DNA from: Dehalococcoidia bacterium | GTDB lineage: Bacteria > Chloroflexota > Dehalococcoidia > UBA2979 | Length of the DNA: 64,000 nucleotides | Assembly: GCA_963667465.2 (NCBI GenBank) | Contig: CAXXDN010000002.1 | Location: 416,001 to 480,000, forward strand | Direction: 5' to 3' | Part shown: positions 38,646 through 48,142 of the stretch, in pieces | How positions within the stretch are numbered: the first letter of the stretch is position 1 | Layout of the letters: each line of letters begins with the position of its first letter | Made by a program: the position numbers and the translations under genes | Notes under the pieces: model-generated | Seen by the model: only the letters and a program-made list of their open reading frames with translations | Database searches by the model: none | What the model was told of the DNA's origin: nothing

Positions 38646-41474
38646 ATGACGAGGCGGCTTGCGATTGGGCAGCGCGCGTGGCTGCTCGTGGCGGTCAGCG
38701 TCCTCGTCTCGCTCGCCGTCGTCGTCGGCCTCTGGCTGGGCTTCAGTGCGGACCCCACTGGCGCGACCCACACCACAGGGACAGTCGTCACCGTCACGGC
38801 GACGGCCGCTGATGGGTACGGTTTGTCGTCCTGGGGCGATAACGGCGCGGGCACACCCACTCCCTCGATGACTGCAACCGCGACGGCCACGCCGCCGCCG
38901 CCCGCGACCGTGACCCCGACCGACACCGCGCCGCCGACCGCCACCGCGACACCGGTGACCTACACGCTGACGTTCTCCGCCGCGACGGGAGGAAGCCTGA
39001 GCGCGGGCCCAGCCGGGGAGAGCCACGCTGCGGGGACAGTCGTCACCGTCACGGCGACCGCTGCGGACGGGTACCAGCTGTCGTCGTGGGGCGATGACTG
39101 CGCTGGCACGCCAGCGACCTCGGCGACGTGCTCGCTCACGATGGACGCGGACCGTATAGCCTCCGCGACGTTCGCGAAGAACAGCGCGCCCACCACGCTC
39201 CGCTACTCGACCTACGACACGACCGGGCAGGCGGCGACGGCCGGGAGCTACGCCTTCCTCACGGCGAACGGCGCTGGCAGCCAGCGGGAGGGCAGGGACG
39301 AGGGCGCGCGCCAGTCGGAAGGGGCCAACACCCCGGTCGCCATCACGACCCACGAGGGCCTGCGTACCGAGGCTGACACGCTGCGCATCCACGTCACCGA
39401 CGGCTCGGGCGTCGCGCGCGCGAGCTTCTACGGGACGGTGGAGGTCGGCGACACGTTCGAGTGGCGGGAGGCGAGCGATTGCTGGGTACGCTACCTCGTA
39501 ACCGCTGTCAAGCCGGGAACCTCGCCGCGCGAGTTTGTGATCTGGCCCTACTCGTACACGTACACCGGCTGTAGCGGCACGGTGGCCAGCGGTCGCAGTG
39601 CGCCGGGTGACACCGCTCAGGGCGGTGAGCGCTCGCCAGCGACCGCCACCGCGATGCGTGACTTCACATGGAAGCCCGCGTACCTGCGGACGGGCGACTT
39701 CAAGGTCCCGACCTGGCACGGCCCGTGGCTGATTGTCCCTACGAGTTGGACCGGACCGGTCCCTGTCGCCCGATCCCTGGCTCCGCCTGTCGCCCCACCT
39801 GCTATCACGTGGCCGCCGGATCCCCTCCCCGACCCGGACCTCGGACCCGGCTGGCGCGGGGGCGTGCACATGGGCTACGGGGACCTGGAGGGGCTGTACT
39901 CGCACAGCGACGGGGGCACCCTGAGCGCCTACATATGGCAACTCCAGAAGTGGCCGCTCGACGTCTACCGCATGGGGTTGCCCTTCAGCGAAGCCGCGCG
40001 GATCAACGAGTTCGTCATCATAGATGGGCGTCCGGCACACGTGTCTTACTCGCGCGTGAAACACGACGGATCGGAGGCTCAAGCGATAATCTTTGATCCG
40101 GCAACGGGGCTGGTCTACAGCGTGCGTGGCGGCCCGCTCGCCCGCCAGAACGACCCCGATGCGACGATCGAGATCGCGAAGAAGTTCATCCTGCCCGTGA
40201 CCCCGACCGACACCGCGCCGCCGACCGCGACCGTGACCCCGACGACCTACGCGCTGGCGCTCTCCGCCGCGACGGGTGGGAGCCTGAGTGCGGACCCCGC
40301 CGGGGAGAGCCACGCTGCGGGAACAGTCGTCACCGTCACGGCGACCGCCGCTGATGGGTACAAGTTCTCCTCGTGGGGTGATGACTGCGCTGGCACGCCT
40401 ACTACCTCGGCGACGTGCTCGCTCACGATGGACGCGGACCGCACAGCCTCAGCCATGTTCGCGAAGAACAGCGCACCCACCACGCTCCGCTACAGCACGT
40501 ACGACACGACCGGGCAGGCGGCGACCGCCGGGAGCTACGCCTTCCTCACGGCGAACGGCGCTGGCAGCCAGAGGGAGGGCGGGGACGAGGGCGCGCGCCA
40601 GTCGGAAGGGTCCACCACCCCGGTCGCCATCACGACCTACGAAGGGCTGCGCACCGAGGCCGACACCCTGCGCATCCACGTCACCGACGGTTCCGGAATC
40701 TCTCTCGCGAGCTTCTACGGCACGGTCGAGGTCGGCGACACGTTCGAGTGGCGGGAGGCGAGCGATTGCTGGGTGCGCTACCTCGTGACCGCGATCAATC
40801 TGGGGGCGTCCCCGCGGGACTTCGCAATCAAGCCCTACTCGTACACGTACACCGGCTGTAGCGGCACGGTGGCCAGCGGTCGCAGTGCGCCGGGTGACAC
40901 CGCTCAGGGCGGTGAGCGCTCGTCAGCGACCGCCACCGCGATGCGTGACTTCACATGGAAGCCCGCGTACCTGCGGACGGGCGACTTCAAGGTCCCCACA
41001 TGGCACGGCCCGTGGCTGATTGTCCCTACGAGTTGGACCGGACCGGTCCCTGTCGCCGCACCCGTCAACCCGCCTGCCATCACGTGGCCGCCGGCTCCCC
41101 TCCCCGACCCGGACCTCGGACCCGGCTGGCGCGGGGGCGTGCACTTGGGCTACGGGGAACTGGAAGGCTGGTACTCCCATGCTGACGGCGGGAGTCTTGA
41201 CGTCTACATGTACCAAGTGCATGACTGGCCAGACGACACCTATCGTACCGGCGCACCCTTGAATGAGGCTGCACGGGTCAACGAGTTCGTCATGATCGAC
41301 GGTCGTCCGGCCCACGTGTCCTACTCGCGTGTGAAGCATGACGGTTCGGATGCGAGCGTGGGCATCTACGACCCGGCAACCGGGGTGATGTACAGCGTGC
41401 GTGGCGGCCCGCTCGCCCGCCAGAACGACCCCAAGGCGACGATCGAGCTCGCGAAGAAGTTCATCCTGCCGTGA
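38646..41474 (+). CDS. Large surface protein with InlB B-repeat-like domains and an internal tandem duplication
   Basis: N-terminal TM/signal, Thr/Pro linker, YTLT..ATGG..GTVVTVTATAADGY..SSWGDDC repeats; two ~425-aa copies. Confidence 0.85.
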   Translation: MTRRLAIGQRAWLLVAVSVLVSLAVVVGLWLGFSADPTGATHTTGTVVTVTATAADGYGLSSWGDNGAGTPTPSMTATATATPPPPATVTPTDTAPPTATATPVTYTLTFSAATGGSLSAGPAGESHAAGTVVTVTATAADGYQLSSWGDDCAGTPATSATCSLTMDADRIASATFAKNSAPTTLRYSTYDTTGQAATAGSYAFLTANGAGSQREGRDEGARQSEGANTPVAITTHEGLRTEADTLRIHVTDGSGVARASFYGTVEVGDTFEWREASDCWVRYLVTAVKPGTSPREFVIWPYSYTYTGCSGTVASGRSAPGDTAQGGERSPATATAMRDFTWKPAYLRTGDFKVPTWHGPWLIVPTSWTGPVPVARSLAPPVAPPAITWPPDPLPDPDLGPGWRGGVHMGYGDLEGLYSHSDGGTLSAYIWQLQKWPLDVYRMGLPFSEAARINEFVIIDGRPAHVSYSRVKHDGSEAQAIIFDPATGLVYSVRGGPLARQNDPDATIEIAKKFILPVTPTDTAPPTATVTPTTYALALSAATGGSLSADPAGESHAAGTVVTVTATAADGYKFSSWGDDCAGTPTTSATCSLTMDADRTASAMFAKNSAPTTLRYSTYDTTGQAATAGSYAFLTANGAGSQREGGDEGARQSEGSTTPVAITTYEGLRTEADTLRIHVTDGSGISLASFYGTVEVGDTFEWREASDCWVRYLVTAINLGASPRDFAIKPYSYTYTGCSGTVASGRSAPGDTAQGGERSSATATAMRDFTWKPAYLRTGDFKVPTWHGPWLIVPTSWTGPVPVAAPVNPPAITWPPAPLPDPDLGPGWRGGVHLGYGELEGWYSHADGGSLDVYMYQVHDWPDDTYRTGAPLNEAARVNEFVMIDGRPAHVSYSRVKHDGSDASVGIYDPATGVMYSVRGGPLARQNDPKATIELAKKFILP
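38908..41474 (+). repeat. Intragenic tandem duplication, period about 1287 bp
   Basis: CCGTGACCCCGACCGACACCGCGCCGCCGACCGC at 38908 and 40195; both copies end AAGAAGTTCATCCTGCC. Confidence 0.95.
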
Positions 41475-41582
41475 GTCGGCTACCTGTCGTGCGACCCATC
41501 GCCGCCGCGGCGGTGGTAGCGGCCACCATCCTGGCGCTGTTCCTGAGCGGACAGCGACAGGTTCAGGCTGAGCAGCGCCGGG

Positions 41583-42438
41583 GTGCTCGCCTTCCCCGCC
41601 ATCGTCTCCAGGGAGGAATTCAAGCAGGTCGTGGCGCTGCTGCGCGCGAAGGCGCCGACGCAGGTCCATCCCCGTCGCGCCGCCAGCCCCTACCTGCTCA
41701 GCGGACTGGTGCGCTGCCGGATGTGTCGCCGCGCGCTCACCGAGGCCGAGGCGAAGAGCGGCAAGTACAGCTACTACGTCTGCCAGTCCCTCTTGAAGCG
41801 CGGCAGCGGCACCTGCGAGACGCCGCGGCTCAACGCGCAGCGCTTCGAACGGCTGATCGTCGAACAGATCCGCGAGCACATCCTCACCGAGTCCAACATT
41901 CGCGACCTCGTCCGGCTCGTCGACGAGGAGATGGACGGCGTGGCCCGCGAGGAGCGGGCGAAGCTGGAGAGCATCGAGGCCGAGCTGGCCGAGGTGCGCC
42001 GCAGGATGGACCGGCTGTGGCACGCCGTCGAGACCTCCGACCTCGAGATCAACGACATCCTGCCGCGGCTCCGGCTGCACCAGGAGAGTCAGGAGCGCCT
42101 CGAGACCGCGGCCGAGGAGGCGCGCGGGAGCCTGGCGGAGCGCCGCGCGGTGCTGGACAGCGTGGAGACGATCGCGGCGTTCGCGCGGGAGATGAGCGCG
42201 TTCCTGGACCAGCGAGCTCACCGAGTCGAAGGCGTTCATTCGCTCGTTCGTGAAGGAGATCGCGGTGCAGCCCGGGACGGCGACGATTCGCTACACCATC
42301 CCCACGCCGCCGGACAGCCCGATCGGCGGGCGGGATGCTGCGGAGGTCGAGTTGCCGGAGGCAGTTCGCAGTACAGATGGCATGGCTGCCGGGGACCAGT
42401 ATGGCTGGGGACCGAGGATTCGAACCCCGACCTACTGA
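41583..42438 (+). pseudogene. Large serine recombinase, C-terminal remnant with a frameshift near 42207
   Basis: YLLSGLVRCRMC, YYVCQS, C.TPRL Zn ribbon and coiled coil; closely similar to 53750-54900; continues in the second frame KEIAVQPG..IRYTIPTPPD. Confidence 0.88.
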
Positions 42439-42475
42439 TCCAGAGTCAGCTGTCCTACCATTAGACGAGTCCCCA
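42402..42475 (-). tRNA. tRNA-Gln (CTG)
   Basis: TGGGGACTCGTCTAATGGTAGGACAGCTGACTCTGGATCAGTAGGTCGGGGTTCGAATCCTCGGTCCCCAGCCA: cloverleaf, T-loop, CCA. Confidence 0.96.
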
Positions 42476-42555
42476 GCGGACCTCTCCACCCTAGCAAAAC
42501 CAGTGCCAGCGGTCATTCTCCCTCGAGGGTGTGCGCGCGCCTCGAGGCGGCGGGG

Positions 42556-44040
42556 TCAGGCGGGGTAGGCGGCGCGCAGGGCCGACTCGGCGGCGGCGAG
42601 GCGATCGAGGGACTTCGCGGGGCCGACGATCTCCATTGTCTCGAACAGCGGCGGGGTGACGCGCTTTCCGGTGACGGCGACGCGACAGAGCATGAACAGG
42701 TCGCCCGCGCGCACGCCCAGCTCCTCGGCGAGTGCGCGCAGGGCTGCCTCGAGGGACTGGGTAGTCCAGTCGTCGCGCAGGCCCTCGAGCGCCGCCGTTG
42801 CCGCTGCCAGCGCGGGTGCGGCCTGCTCCGGCTCGCGGCGGAACGATCGGCCGAGGAACTCGCCCGGCTCGGCCACGGGGACGTCCTCGGCGAAGAAGAA
42901 GTCGGTGAGCGCGGCCACCTCGGAGAGCAACTTCACGCGCTCGCTGATCAGCGGGGTGAACTGCTCGACGAGGCCGGCGTCGATCGGCCGCGCGACCGAG
43001 TCCGGCAGGTCGCGCTCCAGGCGCTCGGCGAAGCGCGCGGCGAGGTCGGCCTCGGGGAGCTGGCGCATGTAGACGCCGTTCATCCATTCCAGCTTCTCGC
43101 TGTTGAAGCCGGCGGGGGCGGGGTTGAGGTCGGCGAGGTCGAAAGCGGCCGACATCTCAGCGGCGGAGAGAATCTCGGTCTTGTCGTCCAGCGCCCAGCC
43201 CATGATCGCGAGGAAGTTGAGCAGCGCCTCCGGCAGGTAGCCCTCGGCGGCGTAGTCCAGCACGGACTGCGCGCCGTGGCGCTTGGAGAGCTTGCCCCCG
43301 TCCGGTCCGAGGATGACGGGCGTGTGCACGTAGATCGGCGGCTCTTGGCCGAGCGCCTCGAAGAGCCGCACGTGGCGCGGCGTCGAGGGAATCCACTCGT
43401 CGCCCCGGGTGACGTGCGTGATCGCCATCGCGTGGTCGTCGACGGCGTGGGCGAGATGGTAGGTGGGGAAGCCGTCCGACTTGAGCAGCACGAGGTCGTC
43501 GAGCAGGCGGTTTTCGTAGCGGATCGAGCCCCGGATCAGGTCGTCGAAGACGGTGACGCCCTCGCGCGGCATGCGGAAGCGGATCACGTGCGACTCGCCG
43601 GCCGCGGCGCGCTCCGCGCCCCGCGCGGCGTCGAGGTCGCGGCAGACGCCCTCGTAGCCCTGCGGGCGGCCGGCGGCGCGCTGGCGCTCGCGCATCGAGC
43701 GCAGGTCGTCGGGGGTGCAGAAGCAGCGGTAGGCATGGCCGTCCGCGAGCAGTTGCTCGCTGGCGGCGTGGTAGCGCTCGAGGCGCTGCGATTGCACGTA
43801 GGGGCCGTAGTCGCCGCCGGCGCCGGGCCCCTCGTCCCACTCGAGGCCGAGCCAGCGCAGTGAGTCCTCGATGCGTTGGACGGAGCCCTCGACGGCTCGC
43901 GACTGGTCGGTGTCCTCGATCCGCAGGATGAAGGCGCCGCCGTAACGGCGGGCGTGCAGCCAGGTCCAGATCGCGGTGCGGATGTTGCCGACGTGCGGGT
44001 CGCCGGTGGGGCTGGGCGCGTAGCGGACGCGGACGCTCAT
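42556..44040 (-). CDS. gltX: Glutamate--tRNA ligase
   Basis: RYAPSPTG.PHVGN, LRIEDTD, YRCFC, KLSKRHG. Confidence 0.96.
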   Translation of the reverse strand: MSVRVRYAPSPTGDPHVGNIRTAIWTWLHARRYGGAFILRIEDTDQSRAVEGSVQRIEDSLRWLGLEWDEGPGAGGDYGPYVQSQRLERYHAASEQLLADGHAYRCFCTPDDLRSMRERQRAAGRPQGYEGVCRDLDAARGAERAAAGESHVIRFRMPREGVTVFDDLIRGSIRYENRLLDDLVLLKSDGFPTYHLAHAVDDHAMAITHVTRGDEWIPSTPRHVRLFEALGQEPPIYVHTPVILGPDGGKLSKRHGAQSVLDYAAEGYLPEALLNFLAIMGWALDDKTEILSAAEMSAAFDLADLNPAPAGFNSEKLEWMNGVYMRQLPEADLAARFAERLERDLPDSVARPIDAGLVEQFTPLISERVKLLSEVAALTDFFFAEDVPVAEPGEFLGRSFRREPEQAAPALAAATAALEGLRDDWTTQSLEAALRALAEELGVRAGDLFMLCRVAVTGKRVTPPLFETMEIVGPAKSLDRLAAAESALRAAYPA

Positions 44041-44987
44041 CGCACGCCTCCCGTGCCGGACGCTGCCAGCGGCTGCGCCTCCACACCGTGGTCGGCGCGC
44101 AGCGCCTCGATCGCCGCGCCGATGTCGCCGGGGAGCGGCGCCTCGAACTCGCGCCACTCGCCGCTCGAGGGCAGGCAGAGGCCGAGCCGCCGCGCGTGCA
44201 GCGCCTGGCGCGCGATGCGGGGCGAGGGGTTGCCGTAGACGCCGTCGCTGAGGATCGGGTGGCCCATAGCCTGGAGGTGGACGCGGATCTGGTGCGTGCG
44301 GCCGGTCAGGATGCGGACTTCGAGCAAGGCGGCCTCCTCGCCGTACTGCTCCAGTACCCGGTACTCGCTGAACGCCGGGTCGCCGCGCTCGACCACCGCG
44401 CGGCGGATCGGGTCGGCGGGGTCGGGGCCGAGCGGGGCGTCGATACGGCCACGCCGAGGTTCGACGACGCCCTCGGCGATGGCGAGGTAGATCTTGAGCG
44501 TCTCGCGCGCCTTCCACTGCGCGCGTAGCGCGTCGCGGGCGGCGGCGGAGCGGGCGAAGGCGATCACGCCGGAGGTGTCGCGGTCGAGGCGGTGCACGAG
44601 GCCGGAGCGCGTCCCGCCGATCTCCTGCACCTCGGGGTAGCGGGCGCGCACTGTGTGGATGAGGGTGACCGCGGGGCGGCCCTGCACCGGGTGCACCAGC
44701 AGCCCCGGCTGCTTGTCGATGATCAGCGTGTGCTCGTCCTGGAACAGCACCTCGAGCGGTACGTCGAGCGCCATCGCGTCGAGGTCCGGCTGGGCGGGCA
44801 GACGGATCGCGATCTCGGCGCCCTCGGCCACTTCGCGGCCGGCGCGGGTGCGAGGCTCGCCGGCGACGTCGACGCGGCCGTCCTCGATCAGCCGCTGCGC
44901 CTGGCTGCGCGAGAGCTGCGCGAGCTGACCGGCGACGAGCCGATCGAGGCGGTCCGTGCGCGGGGCGGCGAAGCGTTCGAGCTGCAT
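44037..44987 (-). CDS. rluD: RluA-family pseudouridine synthase (RluD-like)
   Basis: S4 domain, IDKQPG, HRLDRDTSG, TGRTHQIRVH. Confidence 0.9.
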   Translation of the reverse strand: MQLERFAAPRTDRLDRLVAGQLAQLSRSQAQRLIEDGRVDVAGEPRTRAGREVAEGAEIAIRLPAQPDLDAMALDVPLEVLFQDEHTLIIDKQPGLLVHPVQGRPAVTLIHTVRARYPEVQEIGGTRSGLVHRLDRDTSGVIAFARSAAARDALRAQWKARETLKIYLAIAEGVVEPRRGRIDAPLGPDPADPIRRAVVERGDPAFSEYRVLEQYGEEAALLEVRILTGRTHQIRVHLQAMGHPILSDGVYGNPSPRIARQALHARRLGLCLPSSGEWREFEAPLPGDIGAAIEALRADHGVEAQPLAASGTGGVR

Positions 44988-45523
44988 CAGCCCCCCTCTT
45001 CCCCGCCGCCAGTCTCACCGCCCGGCCGCCAGAGCGACAGCACGGCGAGCGTGATCACGCCGACCACGATCGAGGAGTCGGCGATGTTGAAGGCGGGGTA
45101 GTGCGTGGGGTCGATGAAGTCCGTCACCGTGCCTCGGAAGAGCCGGTCGATCAGGTTGCCGATCGCGCCGCCGAGCACGAGCGCGAGGGCGGTCTCGTAG
45201 AGCCGGTCGCCGGGCGGGGCTGCGCGCAGGAAGACCAGCACGATCACCGCGCCGAGGATCGAGCTGGCGATCAGGAACGGCCCGCCGCCCTGCAGGATGC
45301 CGAACGCGGCGCCGGAGTTCTCGACGTGCGAGATGCGGATCAGATCGAAGCCCTCGGGCCAGGTCTCGCGCTCGTCCAGCCAGCCGCGTACGAGCGCCTT
45401 CGTGAGCTGATCGAGGATGATGACCGCCGCGGCGATTGCGGCGAAGCGCCGGACGTCCGTGCGCGGCAGCTCCGGGCGCGCGGCGTCCTCGTCCGATCCG
45501 GTCGCGGCGGCGGCTCGCTCCAT
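44987..45523 (-). CDS. lspA: Lipoprotein signal peptidase II
   Basis: DQLTK, NSGAAFG, GGAIGNLIDR, VTDFI, FNIAD. Confidence 0.95.
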   Translation of the reverse strand: MERAAAATGSDEDAARPELPRTDVRRFAAIAAAVIILDQLTKALVRGWLDERETWPEGFDLIRISHVENSGAAFGILQGGGPFLIASSILGAVIVLVFLRAAPPGDRLYETALALVLGGAIGNLIDRLFRGTVTDFIDPTHYPAFNIADSSIVVGVITLAVLSLWRPGGETGGGEEGG

Positions 45524-45652
45524 GCATCCATCCTATCGAAGGGCGCGGTTGCGGTCCGTTGCCCTCGCGTGTGAGCGCGCATCCGATACGATGGACCTGA
45601 GCGATTCACGCGCGCGGGCACGGCCCGAGCGCCACGGTGAGGAGCGAGCTTC

Positions 45653-46258
45653 GTGACGACGACAAACCTGCCCGGTCCCAAGCCGGTGCGCCCGCCCGAG
45701 GACCGTCTCCCGCCGGGGCAGCGCCTGACCGATGGCTGGCCGGTGCTGACCTACGGCTCCACGCCTCGCATCGACCTCGCGACCTGGGAGTTCCGCATCT
45801 TCGGCCTCGTCGAGGAGGAGGTGCGCCTGAGCTGGGATGAGTTCAACGCGCTGCCGGCGTACGAGGACACCTCGGACATCCACTGCGTCACCACCTGGAG
45901 CCGCTACGACAATCGCTGGCGCGGCGTGCGCTTCAGCGACGTGATGGCCCTCGCGAACGTGCTGCCCGAGGCGAAGGAAGTGATGTTCCACTCCTACGGT
46001 GGCTACACGACGAACGTGTCGCTCGACGAGCTGCTGCTCGACGGGGTGCTGTTCGCGCACACCCACGACGGCCAGCCGATCGATCGCGACCACGGGGGCC
46101 CGCTGCGCGGGGTGATCCCGCAGCTCTACTTCTGGAAGAGCGCGAAGTGGGTGCGTGGCATGGAGTTCCTGCCCGAGGTGCGCCCCGGCTTCTGGGAGAT
46201 GTACGGCTACCACATCCACGGCGACCCGTGGAAGGAACAGCGCTACTCCTACCAGTAG
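45653..46258 (+). CDS. Sulfite oxidase-like molybdopterin oxidoreductase (YuiH-like)
   Basis: RLPPGQ, DIHCVTTWS, HGGPLR, WKSAKW, GFWE..GYH. Confidence 0.9.
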   Translation: MTTTNLPGPKPVRPPEDRLPPGQRLTDGWPVLTYGSTPRIDLATWEFRIFGLVEEEVRLSWDEFNALPAYEDTSDIHCVTTWSRYDNRWRGVRFSDVMALANVLPEAKEVMFHSYGGYTTNVSLDELLLDGVLFAHTHDGQPIDRDHGGPLRGVIPQLYFWKSAKWVRGMEFLPEVRPGFWEMYGYHIHGDPWKEQRYSYQ

Positions 46259-46282
46259 GCGGGGATCAGAGCGCGGACCGGC

Positions 46283-46320
46283 TCCTTCTCTCCCTTGCGG
46301 GAGAGGGCGGGGTGAGGGGC
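46283..46320. repeat. Single REP-like unit in the reverse orientation
   Basis: CTCTCCCTTGCGGGAGAGGGCGGGGTGAGGGG, reverse complement of the cluster A/B unit, between convergent genes. Confidence 0.75.
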
Positions 46321-46351
46321 GCCGCGCCTCAGCGCGGCCAGCGACGACAGC

Positions 46352-47818
46352 CTAGACGAAGACCCGCGATCCGGCCTGGCGGACGTTGCCGGTGCGGCGC
46401 GCCTCGGCGGCGACCGCCGCGGAGACCTTGCGCACGACCTCCTCGTTGAAGACCGAGGGCAGGATGTAGTCCTCGTTGAGCTGCTGGTCAGGGATGACGT
46501 CGGCGATCGCGTGCGCGGCGACGAGCTTCATCTCCTCGGTGATGCGCTTCGCGCCGGCGTCGAAGGCGCCGCGGAAGAGCCCGGGGAAGCAGAGCACGTT
46601 GTTGACCTGGTTCGGGTAGTCCGAGCGTCCGGTCGCGATCACGCGCGCCTTGCCCGTGATCAGCTCCGGCATGATCTCCGGCTCCGGGTTGGACAGCGCC
46701 AGCACGATCGAGTCCTCGGCCATGCTGCCGACCTGCTCAGGCGAGAGCATGCGCGGCCCCGACAGCCCGAGGAACATGTCTGCTCCGCGCATCGCCTGCG
46801 TCAGGTCGCCGCTGAAGCCGTCCGGGTTGGTGTGCTCGGCGAACCACTCCTTCGCCGGGTTCAGGTTCTCGCGGCCGGGGTAGACGGCCCCGGTGCGGTC
46901 GAAGCCGATGATGTCGCGCACGCCGTAGTTGAGCATGATGCGCGCGCAGGCGATGCCCGAGGCGCCGACGCCAAGCACGACGACCTTCAGGTCCTCGGGC
47001 TTCTTGTCGACGATCTTGAGGCTGTTGATCAGCGCCGCGAGGACCACGACGGCGGTGCCGTGCTGGTCGTCGTGGAAGACCGGGATGTCCAGCTTCTCGA
47101 CGAGGCGGTCCTCGATGTCGAAGCAGCGGGGCGCGGAGATGTCCTCGAGCAGGATACCGCCGAACGTGGGCGCGATCGCCTCGACGATGTCGACGATGCG
47201 GTCGGGGTCCTTCGTATCGAGGCAGATCGGCCAGGCGTCGATCTCGCCGAAGCTCTTGAAGAGCATGCACTTGCCCTCCATGACCGGCATCGCCGCTTGC
47301 GGACCGATGTCGCCGAGGCCGAGCACCGCCGTGCCGTCGGTGACGACGGCGACGGTGTTGCGGCGCGCGGTCAGCGCCCAGACCGAGTCCGGCTCGTCGT
47401 GCACCATCATCGAGACACGGGCGACACCCGGCGTGTAGACGTGGGAGAGCTCCGCGTTGGTGCGGATGTTCACCTTGTTCGCGATCTCGATCTTGCCGCC
47501 GCGGTGCAGCTGGAAGGTGCGGTCCGAGGCGCGCTGCACCTCGACGCCATCGAGGGCGTCCACCCGCTCCACGATCTCGCGGGCGTGCGCGACGTCACGG
47601 CAGAACACGCGCAGCTCGCGGACCATGTAGTCGTGGCCTGCCTCGTGGATGTCGATTGCGCCGATGTCGCCTCCGCCCTCACCGATGGAGGTGGTGATCA
47701 GGCCGAGCTTTCCCGGTGCGTTCTGGATCCGCAGCATCATCAGCAACTGATAGCCCGACACAGGGCTCTCGTACTCGTCGACGACCCGGGCTTGTGGGTG
47801 GAATGATTCGTTTGTCAT
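46352..47818 (-). CDS. NAD(P)-dependent malic enzyme with N-terminal ACT domain
   Basis: YTPGVA, TDGTAVLGLGDIG, FHDDQHGT, GRSDYPNQVNN. Confidence 0.92.
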   Translation of the reverse strand: MTNESFHPQARVVDEYESPVSGYQLLMMLRIQNAPGKLGLITTSIGEGGGDIGAIDIHEAGHDYMVRELRVFCRDVAHAREIVERVDALDGVEVQRASDRTFQLHRGGKIEIANKVNIRTNAELSHVYTPGVARVSMMVHDEPDSVWALTARRNTVAVVTDGTAVLGLGDIGPQAAMPVMEGKCMLFKSFGEIDAWPICLDTKDPDRIVDIVEAIAPTFGGILLEDISAPRCFDIEDRLVEKLDIPVFHDDQHGTAVVVLAALINSLKIVDKKPEDLKVVVLGVGASGIACARIMLNYGVRDIIGFDRTGAVYPGRENLNPAKEWFAEHTNPDGFSGDLTQAMRGADMFLGLSGPRMLSPEQVGSMAEDSIVLALSNPEPEIMPELITGKARVIATGRSDYPNQVNNVLCFPGLFRGAFDAGAKRITEEMKLVAAHAIADVIPDQQLNEDYILPSVFNEEVVRKVSAAVAAEARRTGNVRQAGSRVFV

Positions 47819-48001
47819 AGGTCTGCTCCCAGCCTGGAGTCTCGAATGGTGCGACAAGCTGCCCCTGCGCGCCAGTGCCGCCCTGCCGAATGCTCGAGCT
47901 TCCGGGATTCCTCGCGCTTCCGATTGCGTCGCGCGGCGCCGCGCACAATTCCGCGGGGCACGGCGCAGTTGCGTGGTCCTTGGTATGCTCGGCGGGCGCT
48001 C

Positions 48002-48077
48002 GCCCCCATCGTCTAGGGGACCAGGACGCCACCCTTTCAAGGTGGAAACAGGGGTTCGAACCCCCTTGGGGGCACCA
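48002..48077 (+). tRNA. tRNA-Glu (TTC)
   Basis: GCCCCCATCGTCTAGGGGACCAGGACGCCACCCTTTCAAGGTGGAAACAGGGGTTCGAACCCCCTTGGGGGCACCA; extended -10 TGGTATGCT upstream. Confidence 0.96.
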
Positions 48078-48142
48078 ATCGGCAGGACATAAGGGCTCGC
48101 GCCAGGAATGACCCTCGCCGAGGGGGGGCGCCGTCCGGCGCG

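Larger units (their letters stand above)
37400..42401. mobile_element. Decayed genomic island at tRNA-Gln (left boundary uncertain)
   Basis: Recombinase remnant at the tRNA 3' end, degenerate tRNA-end duplicate, secreted repeat protein, HTH remnant. Confidence 0.6.

Noticed and set aside
38908-41474. Diversity-generating retroelement TR/VR pair
   Set aside because: Differences are not adenine-specific, include many synonymous changes, and no reverse transcriptase is present in the window
42200-42215. Programmed frameshift in the left recombinase
   Set aside because: No slippery sequence; comparison with the paralog indicates a 2-nt deletion in an already truncated gene
42556-45018. 820-aa ORF suggesting an extended GltX
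   Set aside because: The extension is an alternative frame over the RluA gene; GltX starts at MSVRVRYAPSPTG (44040)
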